From the NCBI GenBank assembly GCA_034660555.1, contig JAYEJL010000058.1, positions 1 through 15,083 on the forward strand: a DNA stretch of 15,083 nt, in the 5' to 3' direction. The stretch comes from Thermotogota bacterium. GTDB taxonomy: Bacteria > Thermotogota > Thermotogae > Petrotogales > Kosmotogaceae. Below the pieces are notes generated by a model. It was given only the letters and a program-made list of their open reading frames with translations. It did no database searches and was not told the origin of the DNA. Below, piece by piece: positions 6,019-14,719 of this stretch. Each line of letters starts with the position of its first letter. Within the stretch, counting starts at the first letter, position 1. The position numbers and the translations under genes are program-made.

Positions 6019-7800
6019 ATGCATCATGAATGGTCGCATCTAGATGCTCTTTTTAAGTGTAGTCCAGAAGGAATAGTATTGTGTGATGAAAATTACCGGG
6101 TTATAAGAGTGAACAAAAAATTTTGTGAAATGTTCGGGTATCCGGAAAATGAACTTATTGACATGAACATAGACGAAGTTCTTGCCAGAGACAAAGAATT
6201 AATAGGTGAAGCCAGGTACATAACGGAAGAAACAAGAAAGGGGAAACAACTCACATATATTACAGTCAGACAAAAGAAGGATGGAACGAAGATATCAGTT
6301 TCAGTATTAACATCTCCCGTTTATTTTGATAAAAAATTTGTGGGTGTTCTGGGAATTTATCGTTTGATTTCAGAAATGCAGGAATCACAAGAATTAATGA
6401 GAGAAGAGTTCAAAAAAAGCAGAGCTATATTGAGAGCATTGCCGGATATCATTTTTGTTATGGATCGCGAAGGATATTTTTTGGATTTTGAAGCGAAATC
6501 ATACAAAGATCTTAATATCACCCCTGAAAAGATAATAGGCTCTAACATTAAAGATGTAGGTTTTTCCAAAGATCAGATAGAACTGATCTTTTCAAAAATC
6601 AACGAAACTTTTGAGACAGGTGATATTCAGCAACTTGTTTATGATCTTGAAGCACCTGTGGGAAGGAGATTTTACGAGGTCAGGTTTGTTTTGATCGATA
6701 AAGAAAGAATTCTGTCAATCACCAGAGACATTACGAAGAGAAAAGAAACTGAAAAGAGACTGAAGAAATGGGCTGACTTTAATAGAATACTTCTCAATAT
6801 CGTAAATGATGTTCTTAACTCTGGGTTAAAAGAAAATATCTATGAACGTCTTCTAGAAAAATCAATAGATGTTATCAGTGGTGCGCAGGCGGGTTCGTTA
6901 CTTTTAAAGGGTAAAGATAATTGTTTTAGTTATAAAGCAACTGCTGGATATGATCATGAACAGCTAAAAAAATTGCACTTAACACCTGAAGAGCTGGTGC
7001 AGGGCAACGGTAAAAATGTAAAAATCGTGACGGATTTTTCAAAAGATGAAGAGTTAGATGAGGAAAGAAAAAACAAATTTTTATTTGCCGGGAAAATAAA
7101 GAAGATAAAATGTATGCTGTCTATTCCTATCACAATCGATAATGATATTGTTGGCTTTTTTACTCTTGACAACTTTGAAACTGAAAAAGCCTTTGATCAT
7201 GACGCAGTACAGATGGCCAAGATTTTTGGACAGCAGGTTGGTAATCTTATAGAAAGGATAAGACTTGAAAAAGCACTGCACGAACAGAGTGAGCAGCTGC
7301 TTTTCTTGTCCAAACATGATCCGCTAACAAATCTTCCCAATAGAAGAATGCTTGCTGAACAGGCCAGACAATATATTGCGCTGATGAAACGTAATGATTC
7401 TAAACTAAGTTTACTATACCTTGATCTTGATGGGTTTAAGGCAATAAATGACAAGCATGGACATGATCTCGGAGATATTGTATTGAAAAAATTTGCACAG
7501 AGATTCACTAATTTCTTGAGAGAGAGCGATGTTGTAGCAAGGCTGGGCGGTGATGAATTTCTATTTTTACTTCCAGATACGGATAAAGATAAAGCTGAAA
7601 ATGTTACTGAGAGGCTTAAGAAATTAATAGAAGAACCTTTTGATATAGAAGGTAAATATTACAATATTTCAGGAAGCATCGGAGTTTCTACTTTTCCTGT
7701 TGATGGGAAAACTTTTTCGGAACTGCTATCCTGTGCTGACAGAAGAATGTATGGTAAGAAAGAAAAAAAGCTTAAGAGTTGTTTCTTTTATCAGAAATAA
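6019..7800 (+). CDS. PAS-PAS-GAF-GGDEF diguanylate cyclase
   Basis: Two PAS repeats (SPEGIVLCD..VNKKFCEMFGY; ALPDIIFVMDREG..RDITKRK) and a GAF domain (MLSIPI..VGFFTLDN). GGDEF domain has HDPLTNLPNRR, LDLDGFKAINDKHGHDLGD and RESDVVARLGGDEF (intact active site and RxxD I-site). SD GGAGG upstream. Confidence 0.95.
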   Translation: MHHEWSHLDALFKCSPEGIVLCDENYRVIRVNKKFCEMFGYPENELIDMNIDEVLARDKELIGEARYITEETRKGKQLTYITVRQKKDGTKISVSVLTSPVYFDKKFVGVLGIYRLISEMQESQELMREEFKKSRAILRALPDIIFVMDREGYFLDFEAKSYKDLNITPEKIIGSNIKDVGFSKDQIELIFSKINETFETGDIQQLVYDLEAPVGRRFYEVRFVLIDKERILSITRDITKRKETEKRLKKWADFNRILLNIVNDVLNSGLKENIYERLLEKSIDVISGAQAGSLLLKGKDNCFSYKATAGYDHEQLKKLHLTPEELVQGNGKNVKIVTDFSKDEELDEERKNKFLFAGKIKKIKCMLSIPITIDNDIVGFFTLDNFETEKAFDHDAVQMAKIFGQQVGNLIERIRLEKALHEQSEQLLFLSKHDPLTNLPNRRMLAEQARQYIALMKRNDSKLSLLYLDLDGFKAINDKHGHDLGDIVLKKFAQRFTNFLRESDVVARLGGDEFLFLLPDTDKDKAENVTERLKKLIEEPFDIEGKYYNISGSIGVSTFPVDGKTFSELLSCADRRMYGKKEKKLKSCFFYQK

Positions 7801-8152
7801 CCTTTCTTATTATTAGATAAACTGCAATAGTTAATAGCGCTGCACCCAATCCTGCATAGTTATAGAACATATCCATTAGGTCATATACTCTGTATGAAAC
7901 GACATCTTGCGCCGCCTCAAGTAAAAAAGGAGCTACAAGCAACGAAACAAGCAAGCATACTTTATATCTCCGAGAAATTTTCAAAAGGTAGAGCGCGATG
8001 TAAACTCCTCCACCACAAAAGAATACCAAAAAATGGAAAACCTTATCTGCGCCGTTACCAAACTTTTCCAAACTTATTGGGGCAAAATATATGTAAGTAA
8101 CAATAACAAAATATGTTATCACCAGCAATGTAGCCATTGTTTTTTTCTTCAT
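7772..8152 (-). CDS. VanZ-like membrane protein
   Basis: DKVFHFLVFF...LEAAQDVVSYRVYDLMDMFYNYAG matches the VanZ pattern DKxxH...E..Q.....R.....D...N..G. Several TM helices; 29-bp convergent overlap with the cyclase. Confidence 0.8.
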   Translation of the reverse strand: MKKKTMATLLVITYFVIVTYIYFAPISLEKFGNGADKVFHFLVFFCGGGVYIALYLLKISRRYKVCLLVSLLVAPFLLEAAQDVVSYRVYDLMDMFYNYAGLGAALLTIAVYLIIRKVISDKRNNS

Positions 8153-8333
8153 ATCAATATTCTATCGTAAAGATGGGTATTAATGAACGCTGACCTCAAT
8201 TTGAATATATCTAAATTAACAGTGCAGATAAAGAAGTGCTTCAAAGAAGTAATGCCTTTTATATCTAGCCTATTTTGGGGTCAAGGCAGTCAATATATGA
8301 GTAACATGAAACATTATCGAAGATACTTTCTTG

Positions 8334-9536
8334 CTAAGTTAATGATTCAAAGAGTAAGTAGTCTTTATAATCTTTCAAATTATAAACTTCACTCATCAAA
8401 TTCATTCCAAAATTCTTAACAAGATTTGTGAAACTTTCTTGTTCTATTACTCTTTTTTGCACATTTCTTGTAAAAGCATTACCGCTTTTTATAAGAAGTA
8501 TGTATACCTTATCGTGCTGATAGCTTATTACATCGCCTCTTCTTAATGTAGAACCCAAAGCTTGAATAAGTTTAGTTTTCTTTTCTTCATTGAGTTTCTC
8601 AAAACCCTCTATATTAAAAGATAAAATAGCTCCTCTAGGTTCTCTTTGAAGGGATTCGAATTTAGATAACTTCATGAAGATTTTGAAATCCATAAACAAC
8701 GCGCCTTTCCTATTATCCTGACTAGTTGATATTTTATTATGATACAAGTCGTTCTTTATATTAATATCTTCTTTATTTTTTTCCATTTCATCATTTATAG
8801 CTTTATTCATCTTCTGAAAAGATTTATCGTACATCTTTTTTTCTAGGAATTTTGAGTACTTGGAAAATGTCCTTTTTGCTTCTGCCAATCTACCCTGAGA
8901 TTCAAGAATCCTTATTTTGTTGTTTATTCCATTTTCATTATGTGGAACAATTTGCAGTAGTCGAATTGTATAATACATGCTTTCGTTCAATTTATTATCT
9001 TTGTATAGAAGTTCTATAAGTTCTACTAAAGAGGCTATTGCAATTTCTCTAAGTTCTTCTCTTATTGGAATGATCCATTCGTTATCAGTATCCTCAATCA
9101 TAAAGTCTCCGGCATATATTATTGAAGCCTTAACTAAATGATCAATTTTTTCATCAAGGTTAGAAGTTTTATTTGCCATATCTATTTCTTTTCTAAATTG
9201 GACAACATCGTACCAAAAATTCTTATCAAAAGTAAGCCAACATGGATGATTGGTTGATCTGCAAATTTTCTTTCCAGAACTTCTGCCAAGTACCCTGTCA
9301 AAAGCACGACGTATTATGTATAATGTTGAACTCAAATTTTGTCTTGCATTTTTCTCATCCATTCCAAGCCAGAATAGTTCCAATATATGTTCTTTTTTTA
9401 TTTTTTGCCCATAGTTTACTAGGAGATATTTAAAAAGCTCACACCCTTTCTCTGATTTGCAATAGCTACCTAGAATATCAAGACCCAGTTTCTCACTATA
9501 AACACTATAATTCCCTAAAGTAGTAACTTTAATCAT
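8334..9536 (-). CDS. SARP/BTAD-type transcriptional regulator with a C-terminal degenerate GGDEF-like domain
   Basis: N-terminal wHTH (IKVTTLGNYSV..ELFKYLLVN..ILELFW..ARQNLSSTLYIIRR), BTAD (WYDVVQF..IYAGDFM..EWIIPIREEL..LLQIVPHNE) and C-terminal LGSTLRRGDVISYQHDKVYILL. Start moved to ATG 9536 (SD GGGAGGA). Confidence 0.85.
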   Translation of the reverse strand: MIKVTTLGNYSVYSEKLGLDILGSYCKSEKGCELFKYLLVNYGQKIKKEHILELFWLGMDEKNARQNLSSTLYIIRRAFDRVLGRSSGKKICRSTNHPCWLTFDKNFWYDVVQFRKEIDMANKTSNLDEKIDHLVKASIIYAGDFMIEDTDNEWIIPIREELREIAIASLVELIELLYKDNKLNESMYYTIRLLQIVPHNENGINNKIRILESQGRLAEAKRTFSKYSKFLEKKMYDKSFQKMNKAINDEMEKNKEDINIKNDLYHNKISTSQDNRKGALFMDFKIFMKLSKFESLQREPRGAILSFNIEGFEKLNEEKKTKLIQALGSTLRRGDVISYQHDKVYILLIKSGNAFTRNVQKRVIEQESFTNLVKNFGMNLMSEVYNLKDYKDYLLFESLT

Positions 9537-10080
9537 AATAATTCCTCCCTGGTGAAACACTTATTAAAGCTAACCCCTCGACAAATTTACAGTAAATTTA
9601 AACCAAAGTTTTGGCTTATAAGATTGATTAAATTAAAAATGCAAAAAATCCATTGACTGAATAAGTATATAAAAAAAATAAAAACCTTCTACTACAATTA
9701 AATTATCCCCTTTTTTTGTGCCTATTTATCAGAGTATAATAAGTATAATCGATTATAGAAGCAGGTTAAGTTTTTTATTAGAAGAATTTTAGTTTTTTCA
9801 ATAATATATTATTATTCAAGGTGTCAGTGTTTCATTGTGTGTGTATTTATCTTTATTATGAATAAACAAACACTTGAATTTCGTAAGTGAGTTTTCAAGA
9901 GTTACACAGTGTGTTTAAAGAATACCAGTTTTGTAATTCGTGATTAGTTATGTTTCTTCCGATCTAAGCCATTAGTATTAATTATTATTTAGTTATAAAA
10001 AATAGGATTTTCTTATGAACTAAATTTCAAGAAAAGAATGATACCATAAAGGAGAAAAGCATTTACTAGAGGTGCATAAT

Positions 10081-11898
10081 ATGAATATCTTCAAAAATGG
10101 TAATTTAATGGTTGTTACAGATGACTGGGGAGTAATTGATGAAAGCAGAGATGTGGCTACCGGAATATATCTTGAGGATACAAAATACATTTCCAGGATT
10201 CAACTGGATATTGGTAGCGTTTTGCGTAAACTTCATACCGATCATTACTGGTATGGAATGGAGAATGTCTACCTTTCAAAATCTGTTCCCGATGCCCTTC
10301 ATTATGACATTGAGGTAGTAGAGAAATTAAATGCCACCGGTAATAATCTGGAAGTTGAATTAGAAATCCATAATTTTTCTATGCAACCAGTTGAAATTAA
10401 CGTTGGCTATGAAATGATTAGAACATATGAAGATATTTTTTCCATAAGAGCCAGAAATGAAGCACATCTTGGAGTTGTAGAAAAAAATCATAATGCTGAT
10501 TTAACAGATAAAGGTAATACATATGAAGATGAGACTACTAAATATGAAGTTCGCGATTCGTTGCCTTCTGGGTCCGTAAGTATTGAACCAAAAGAAATGA
10601 TCACATTAACTGGTTTTATTCATCTTGACAAAGCGTTGAAAAAACCACTTCTATTCAAAGATATTCTTGAAGACAGACCTGTACAGTTTGAACATGATCC
10701 TGAACCTTTTTACAATCCTGTAATAAGACAGGGATTAAGAGATTTAAAATCTTTGATGGTCACCACTGAATTTGGTGATTTTCCAGCTGCAGGCCTTCCA
10801 TGGTACGCGACAATATTCGGAAGAGACAGTATAATCTTTGCTCTTCAGATACTACGATACTTTCCTGAAATAGCTAAAACGATTCTCAGGGTACATAATG
10901 CCTTTCAGGCAAAATCGGAAAACGATTTTACAGACGCAGTTCCCGGGAAAATAGTGCACGAAGTGAGATTGAATCCGATGTCAATAGGCGAGGAAATACC
11001 CTTCAAATCCTATTATGGAACTGTTGATGCAACGCTACTGTACATTGTACTGGCTGGTGAGTATCTGGAAGAGACGGGCGATCTTTCAACAATAGGTGAA
11101 TTATTGTCTGGAATAGAAGCTGCAGAAAAATGGATAGAAGATTATGCTGACATAGACAAAGATGGATATATTGAGTATCAGAGTACTTCCAGAATAGGTT
11201 TGACATCACAAGGATGGAAAGACTCAAGTGACTCGGTTACCTTCAATGATGGAGAAATAGCCAGACCTCCTGTCGCGCTGGTTGAGGTTCAGGGTTATCT
11301 CTATTCAGCTTACAGATCGTTGTCTTTCATTTACCAAAAATTTGGTAATAAAGAAAAGAGTCGCAAATATGAAAGCATTGCTTCAGATCTCAAAGAACGT
11401 TTCAATAAAGATTTCTGGATGGAAGATGAAAAATACTATGCCTTCGCACTGGATGGAAATAACAAGCAGGTGAATTCGATAAGCTCTAATCCCGGTCATT
11501 GCTTGTTCTGTAGACTAATAGATGAAAATAAGTCAGAACATGTGGTCAGCAGATTACTTTCATCAGAGCTCTTTTCGGGTTGGGGGATAAGAACACTTTC
11601 AAATAAAATGAAACGATATAATCCGTTTTCATATCATAACGGAAGTGTTTGGCCTCATGATAACTCTCTGATAATGATAGGGATGTTGAGATATGGATAT
11701 TACCTTGAAGCAAAAAAAATAGCAAGAGTTCTTTTGGATGCTCTTGAAAAAACACCTGGACTAAGGTTGCCTGAATTGTTTAGTGGGCTTGATCGAAAAC
11801 TTACTGGAGAAAGAGCGGTTGAATATCCTACGAGTTGTTCACCGCAATTATGGTCCATAGGAACACTGTTTTCAATTTACGAAATTCTTGAAAGTTAG
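10081..11898 (+). CDS. Amylo-alpha-1,6-glucosidase / glycogen debranching enzyme family protein
   Basis: Motifs AAGLPWYATIFGRDS, PGKIVHE, YYGTVDAT, QGWKDS, ALVEVQGY, YNPFSYHNGSVWPHDN, RLPELFSG and YPTSCSPQLW. ATG 10081 follows SD GAGGTG. Confidence 0.92.
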   Translation: MNIFKNGNLMVVTDDWGVIDESRDVATGIYLEDTKYISRIQLDIGSVLRKLHTDHYWYGMENVYLSKSVPDALHYDIEVVEKLNATGNNLEVELEIHNFSMQPVEINVGYEMIRTYEDIFSIRARNEAHLGVVEKNHNADLTDKGNTYEDETTKYEVRDSLPSGSVSIEPKEMITLTGFIHLDKALKKPLLFKDILEDRPVQFEHDPEPFYNPVIRQGLRDLKSLMVTTEFGDFPAAGLPWYATIFGRDSIIFALQILRYFPEIAKTILRVHNAFQAKSENDFTDAVPGKIVHEVRLNPMSIGEEIPFKSYYGTVDATLLYIVLAGEYLEETGDLSTIGELLSGIEAAEKWIEDYADIDKDGYIEYQSTSRIGLTSQGWKDSSDSVTFNDGEIARPPVALVEVQGYLYSAYRSLSFIYQKFGNKEKSRKYESIASDLKERFNKDFWMEDEKYYAFALDGNNKQVNSISSNPGHCLFCRLIDENKSEHVVSRLLSSELFSGWGIRTLSNKMKRYNPFSYHNGSVWPHDNSLIMIGMLRYGYYLEAKKIARVLLDALEKTPGLRLPELFSGLDRKLTGERAVEYPTSCSPQLWSIGTLFSIYEILES

Positions 11899-11942
11899 TG
11901 GTTTTTAGTCTGTTTTGATAACGCTTTGAATTTATACAAATA

Positions 11943-11951
11943 TGTTATAAT
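11943..11951 (+). promoter_or_regulatory. Extended -10 promoter of the pilin cluster
   Basis: TG-T-TATAAT about 55 nt upstream of ATG 12005. Confidence 0.55.
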
Positions 11952-12004
11952 TAAACTGTTTCAAACGGATGGTGAACACTAAACCGGATAAAGGAGTACC
12001 GGTT

Positions 12005-12541
12005 ATGAAAAGAAAAAGAGGATTTTCTTTAACAGAAATACTGATAGTACTGGCAGTAGCATCTGTAGTGCTCGCAATTGTTGCTGTCGTTTCTTCAATG
12101 ACATTTAAAACTTCCAGTCAGCTCAACGCAACTATGGTGCTTGATGAGGAAATTACAAAATTACACACAAATATGAGGTATATAGTTTCGCAGAGTTGGA
12201 CAACATTAACAGATATTGCAGAAAGAACATATGAAGATGCTACCTTATCTTATATTGTATTAACTGATAGTGTACCAATCACGAGCGACCCCGTATGGAT
12301 GACATCGGTATCAACCATTGCTTATTTACCAGATGAAAAAGAAGTAGTTCACTATTATCAAGGAGATAGTGGTAGTACACAACAACAAACTCTGGCAAAG
12401 CATGTAGATGACTTTTCCTTTGTCATTCCTAGTGCAGGAGAATATGTAACTTATGCTGCAACATTCACTTATTATTATGATGAAGAGAAAACAAAACCCA
12501 TTACCAGCAAATACACATCGGGGGCGGTGAGGTTCTATTAG
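12005..12541 (+). CDS. Type IV prepilin / minor pilin (PilW/GspJ-like)
   Basis: Class III signal MKRKRG|FSLTEILIVLAVASVVLAIV with G-1, F+1 and E+5. SD AAGGAG at ~11991-11996. Confidence 0.9.
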   Translation: MKRKRGFSLTEILIVLAVASVVLAIVAVVSSMTFKTSSQLNATMVLDEEITKLHTNMRYIVSQSWTTLTDIAERTYEDATLSYIVLTDSVPITSDPVWMTSVSTIAYLPDEKEVVHYYQGDSGSTQQQTLAKHVDDFSFVIPSAGEYVTYAATFTYYYDEEKTKPITSKYTSGAVRFY

Positions 12542-12956
12542 CACTGAAAAAAGAGGTTTCGCATTAATTGAAACAGTAATTGTTCTTGCTATTCTTGCTA
12601 TTTTTGTTACTTTTGGGGTATCAATGATACTTCAATATAAACGACTATCTCTCGCAGCCGCAAGAGTATCCGAAATTAGCGCAGTAAAAAACCTTGTTAA
12701 TGATTACATTAGACATGATAGCAATTTAAAGGATGCAATAAAGTCGGAAACTATTTCGGCCTATTTTGAAAATAAGCTAAAACCTGCTTTAGAAAGTAGA
12801 ATAAGTGATTCTGGATATGATGACATAATTATCAAAGAGACACCTGATGCAACTATTTCAGGAAGTTCATTTAATCTAACGACTGTTCATGTACTTCTTG
12901 AAGATACGAAGTCAGGTAAAGAGGAGGATGTCTATGTGGTCATCTTCACGAAATGA
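12537..12956 (+). CDS. Type IV prepilin / minor pilin (PilV/GspI-like), probable non-canonical ATT start
   Basis: The track ORF (12624) extends upstream in frame to ISTEKRG|FALIETVIVLAILAIFVTFGVSM. An in-frame TGA at 12528-12530 leaves ATT 12537 as the only plausible initiator. Confidence 0.8.
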   Translation: MSTEKRGFALIETVIVLAILAIFVTFGVSMILQYKRLSLAAARVSEISAVKNLVNDYIRHDSNLKDAIKSETISAYFENKLKPALESRISDSGYDDIIIKETPDATISGSSFNLTTVHVLLEDTKSGKEEDVYVVIFTK

Positions 12957-14589
12957 TCATTTAAAGAAAGGATTTGTTTTACCTTTAACATTGATTTTAC
13001 TGACATTTGGTTCTATCATGGTTTTTGTAGCTGGATTGCATGTCTCAAGAACTACAGATAAAATACAGTCTTATAATATTATTGCAAATCAACAAAATAT
13101 TGCTTCAAATGTTGTTGAAGCAGCCAGTTATGAATTTTTCGAAAAGTCTTCTCCATCGTTTAATGCCACATGGTCTGGCATTGATGATTTCAAAGATTAT
13201 GTTACAAATAGAGGAGGAATCAAAGGTAGCTATTGGGGGATGTTTTTAGGGGATTTAGATGAATTCAGTTCCTGTTTAGATTTATCTACAGATATTCAGG
13301 GATATAAGTCATCACCTGGTTTTGGTGACGGAAGGTATGATATAAGATCCTATGTTTATCCGGTAGGTAATAAAAGAATTGTTATTGGTATAGCTGAACG
13401 TGATGAAAGAAAGAGGTATTCTGTAGGTCTTTTGTCATATTTAGCTAATCCTTCATTACCGGCTGTCAGATTGGGTGAACTTTCAAGAGACCTAGCAAAG
13501 ATGCACAGTTTAAATGGTAATAAAGTTGAGGGAGATCTTGTTTTTGGTAGAGCGACCATTCTAAGTGATGTCTTAATTAGGTTAACTGATTCCAGCACTC
13601 CAGCAGAAATCATCTACCCAAGTTTTGAAGCTTCAAGTTTGACTATAATCGGAGATTATTCAGGAGACTTGGATAACTGGTTTACAGCAACAAGTACAGA
13701 GAATGCATCTGAAATTATAGAAGGCTGGAAAGAAGAACATCTGTCGTCTTTACCACCAGATGCTTCAACAACAGCTTACATAAATAATAAAAACACATGG
13801 CCAGAATCTTTCAATACAGATACTCTTTATATAATAGATGCCACGAATACAACTGACCAGAATTTTTATGTTGATTTTGATGCTGATGGAATGCATATTA
13901 GACAACTTGACACTATAGGTGAAGGAGAAAGTTTTGTTGGCAATAATATTCTCACAATACCGGCAACGGTGGCTAATTCATCTAAAATTCATTTGCAAAT
14001 AAACGGGAATATTGCAATTGGTGATGACCCTCATAAAATTACCAGAGTTGACGGCAAGTATTCATTAACTGTTTGCGGGGATATCCACATAAGAACAAAC
14101 CTTGTTTATGATGAAATATATGAATTTGTTAACAATGGAAATGGAGAATCAAAAGTATCAAATCATCCACTGGATATTACAAAAGATGTAATTACTGAAA
14201 TGATAGAAAGTAACGAAAACGATGAACTTGATCTCGTTTCGATAGGTGGAGATGCAATAATGGAATATGAACATGGAACTCATGGCGTTAAATTTCTTTC
14301 TGGGGATATTATGGCCTTTGAAGACGGAGGAACGGGAGGAGATATCTCTTTCCCTGATTTAACAGATGTAATAACTGGAGGGGTTACATCTCAGTTTTTT
14401 ACGTTCGGATCTTTAACAGCTAATACATTTGATGCAGATGGAAATCTTATTTATTACGACAATACGGGAAATGACAAGGGTTGGAAAAATGCACTTGAGT
14501 CTCTAATTTTAGTTGCTAACAATCTTGTTGATGACAGTTCTGCTACCACTTCAAGTGAGTTACAACTCATTGGTATGAGAACGTGGTAA
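12934..14589 (+). CDS. Large minor pilin (PilX/GspK-like) with extended acidic C-terminal domain
   Basis: LKKG|FVLPLTLILLTFGSIMV lacks E+5, as is typical of PilX/GspK. SD GAGGAGG (12921-12927) precedes ATG 12934; start overlaps the preceding pilin gene. Confidence 0.82.
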   Translation: MWSSSRNDHLKKGFVLPLTLILLTFGSIMVFVAGLHVSRTTDKIQSYNIIANQQNIASNVVEAASYEFFEKSSPSFNATWSGIDDFKDYVTNRGGIKGSYWGMFLGDLDEFSSCLDLSTDIQGYKSSPGFGDGRYDIRSYVYPVGNKRIVIGIAERDERKRYSVGLLSYLANPSLPAVRLGELSRDLAKMHSLNGNKVEGDLVFGRATILSDVLIRLTDSSTPAEIIYPSFEASSLTIIGDYSGDLDNWFTATSTENASEIIEGWKEEHLSSLPPDASTTAYINNKNTWPESFNTDTLYIIDATNTTDQNFYVDFDADGMHIRQLDTIGEGESFVGNNILTIPATVANSSKIHLQINGNIAIGDDPHKITRVDGKYSLTVCGDIHIRTNLVYDEIYEFVNNGNGESKVSNHPLDITKDVITEMIESNENDELDLVSIGGDAIMEYEHGTHGVKFLSGDIMAFEDGGTGGDISFPDLTDVITGGVTSQFFTFGSLTANTFDADGNLIYYDNTGNDKGWKNALESLILVANNLVDDSSATTSSELQLIGMRTW

Positions 14590-14600
14590 GCCTATAGAAA

Positions 14601-14682
14601 GAGATCTGAGACTCGAGATCTGATAAGAACAACAAAAATTAATACGAGAAAGCGAGAAGAACCAAGGAGACGAGAGCCGAGA
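14601..14682 (+). repeat. Degenerate purine-rich (C)GAGA short-repeat tract
   Basis: GAGATCT-GAGACTC-GAGATCT (14601-14621), and CGAGA at 14614, 14645, 14653, 14671 and 14678. Confidence 0.5.
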
Positions 14683-14719
14683 AAAAACCACGTCCATTAT
14701 CCAGCGCTTACACTTAGTC

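Noticed and set aside
8153..8333. Possible c-di-GMP riboswitch or terminator between the BTAD and VanZ-like genes (9560-10070 was also searched)
   Set aside because: No class I (GCAAA..GAAA..GACGCAAA) or class II consensus was seen, only a weak TGCTTC-AAA-GAAGTA hairpin.
6357..9433. ORFs 6357-6569, 6954-7172, 7081-7317, 7197-7508, 7894-8100, 8183-8419 and 9242-9433
   Set aside because: Antisense overlaps with the cyclase, VanZ-like or BTAD genes, with no supporting signals.
10136..13613. Short alternative-frame or antisense ORFs inside the glucosidase and pilin genes
   Set aside because: Nested in confident CDSs, with no motifs.
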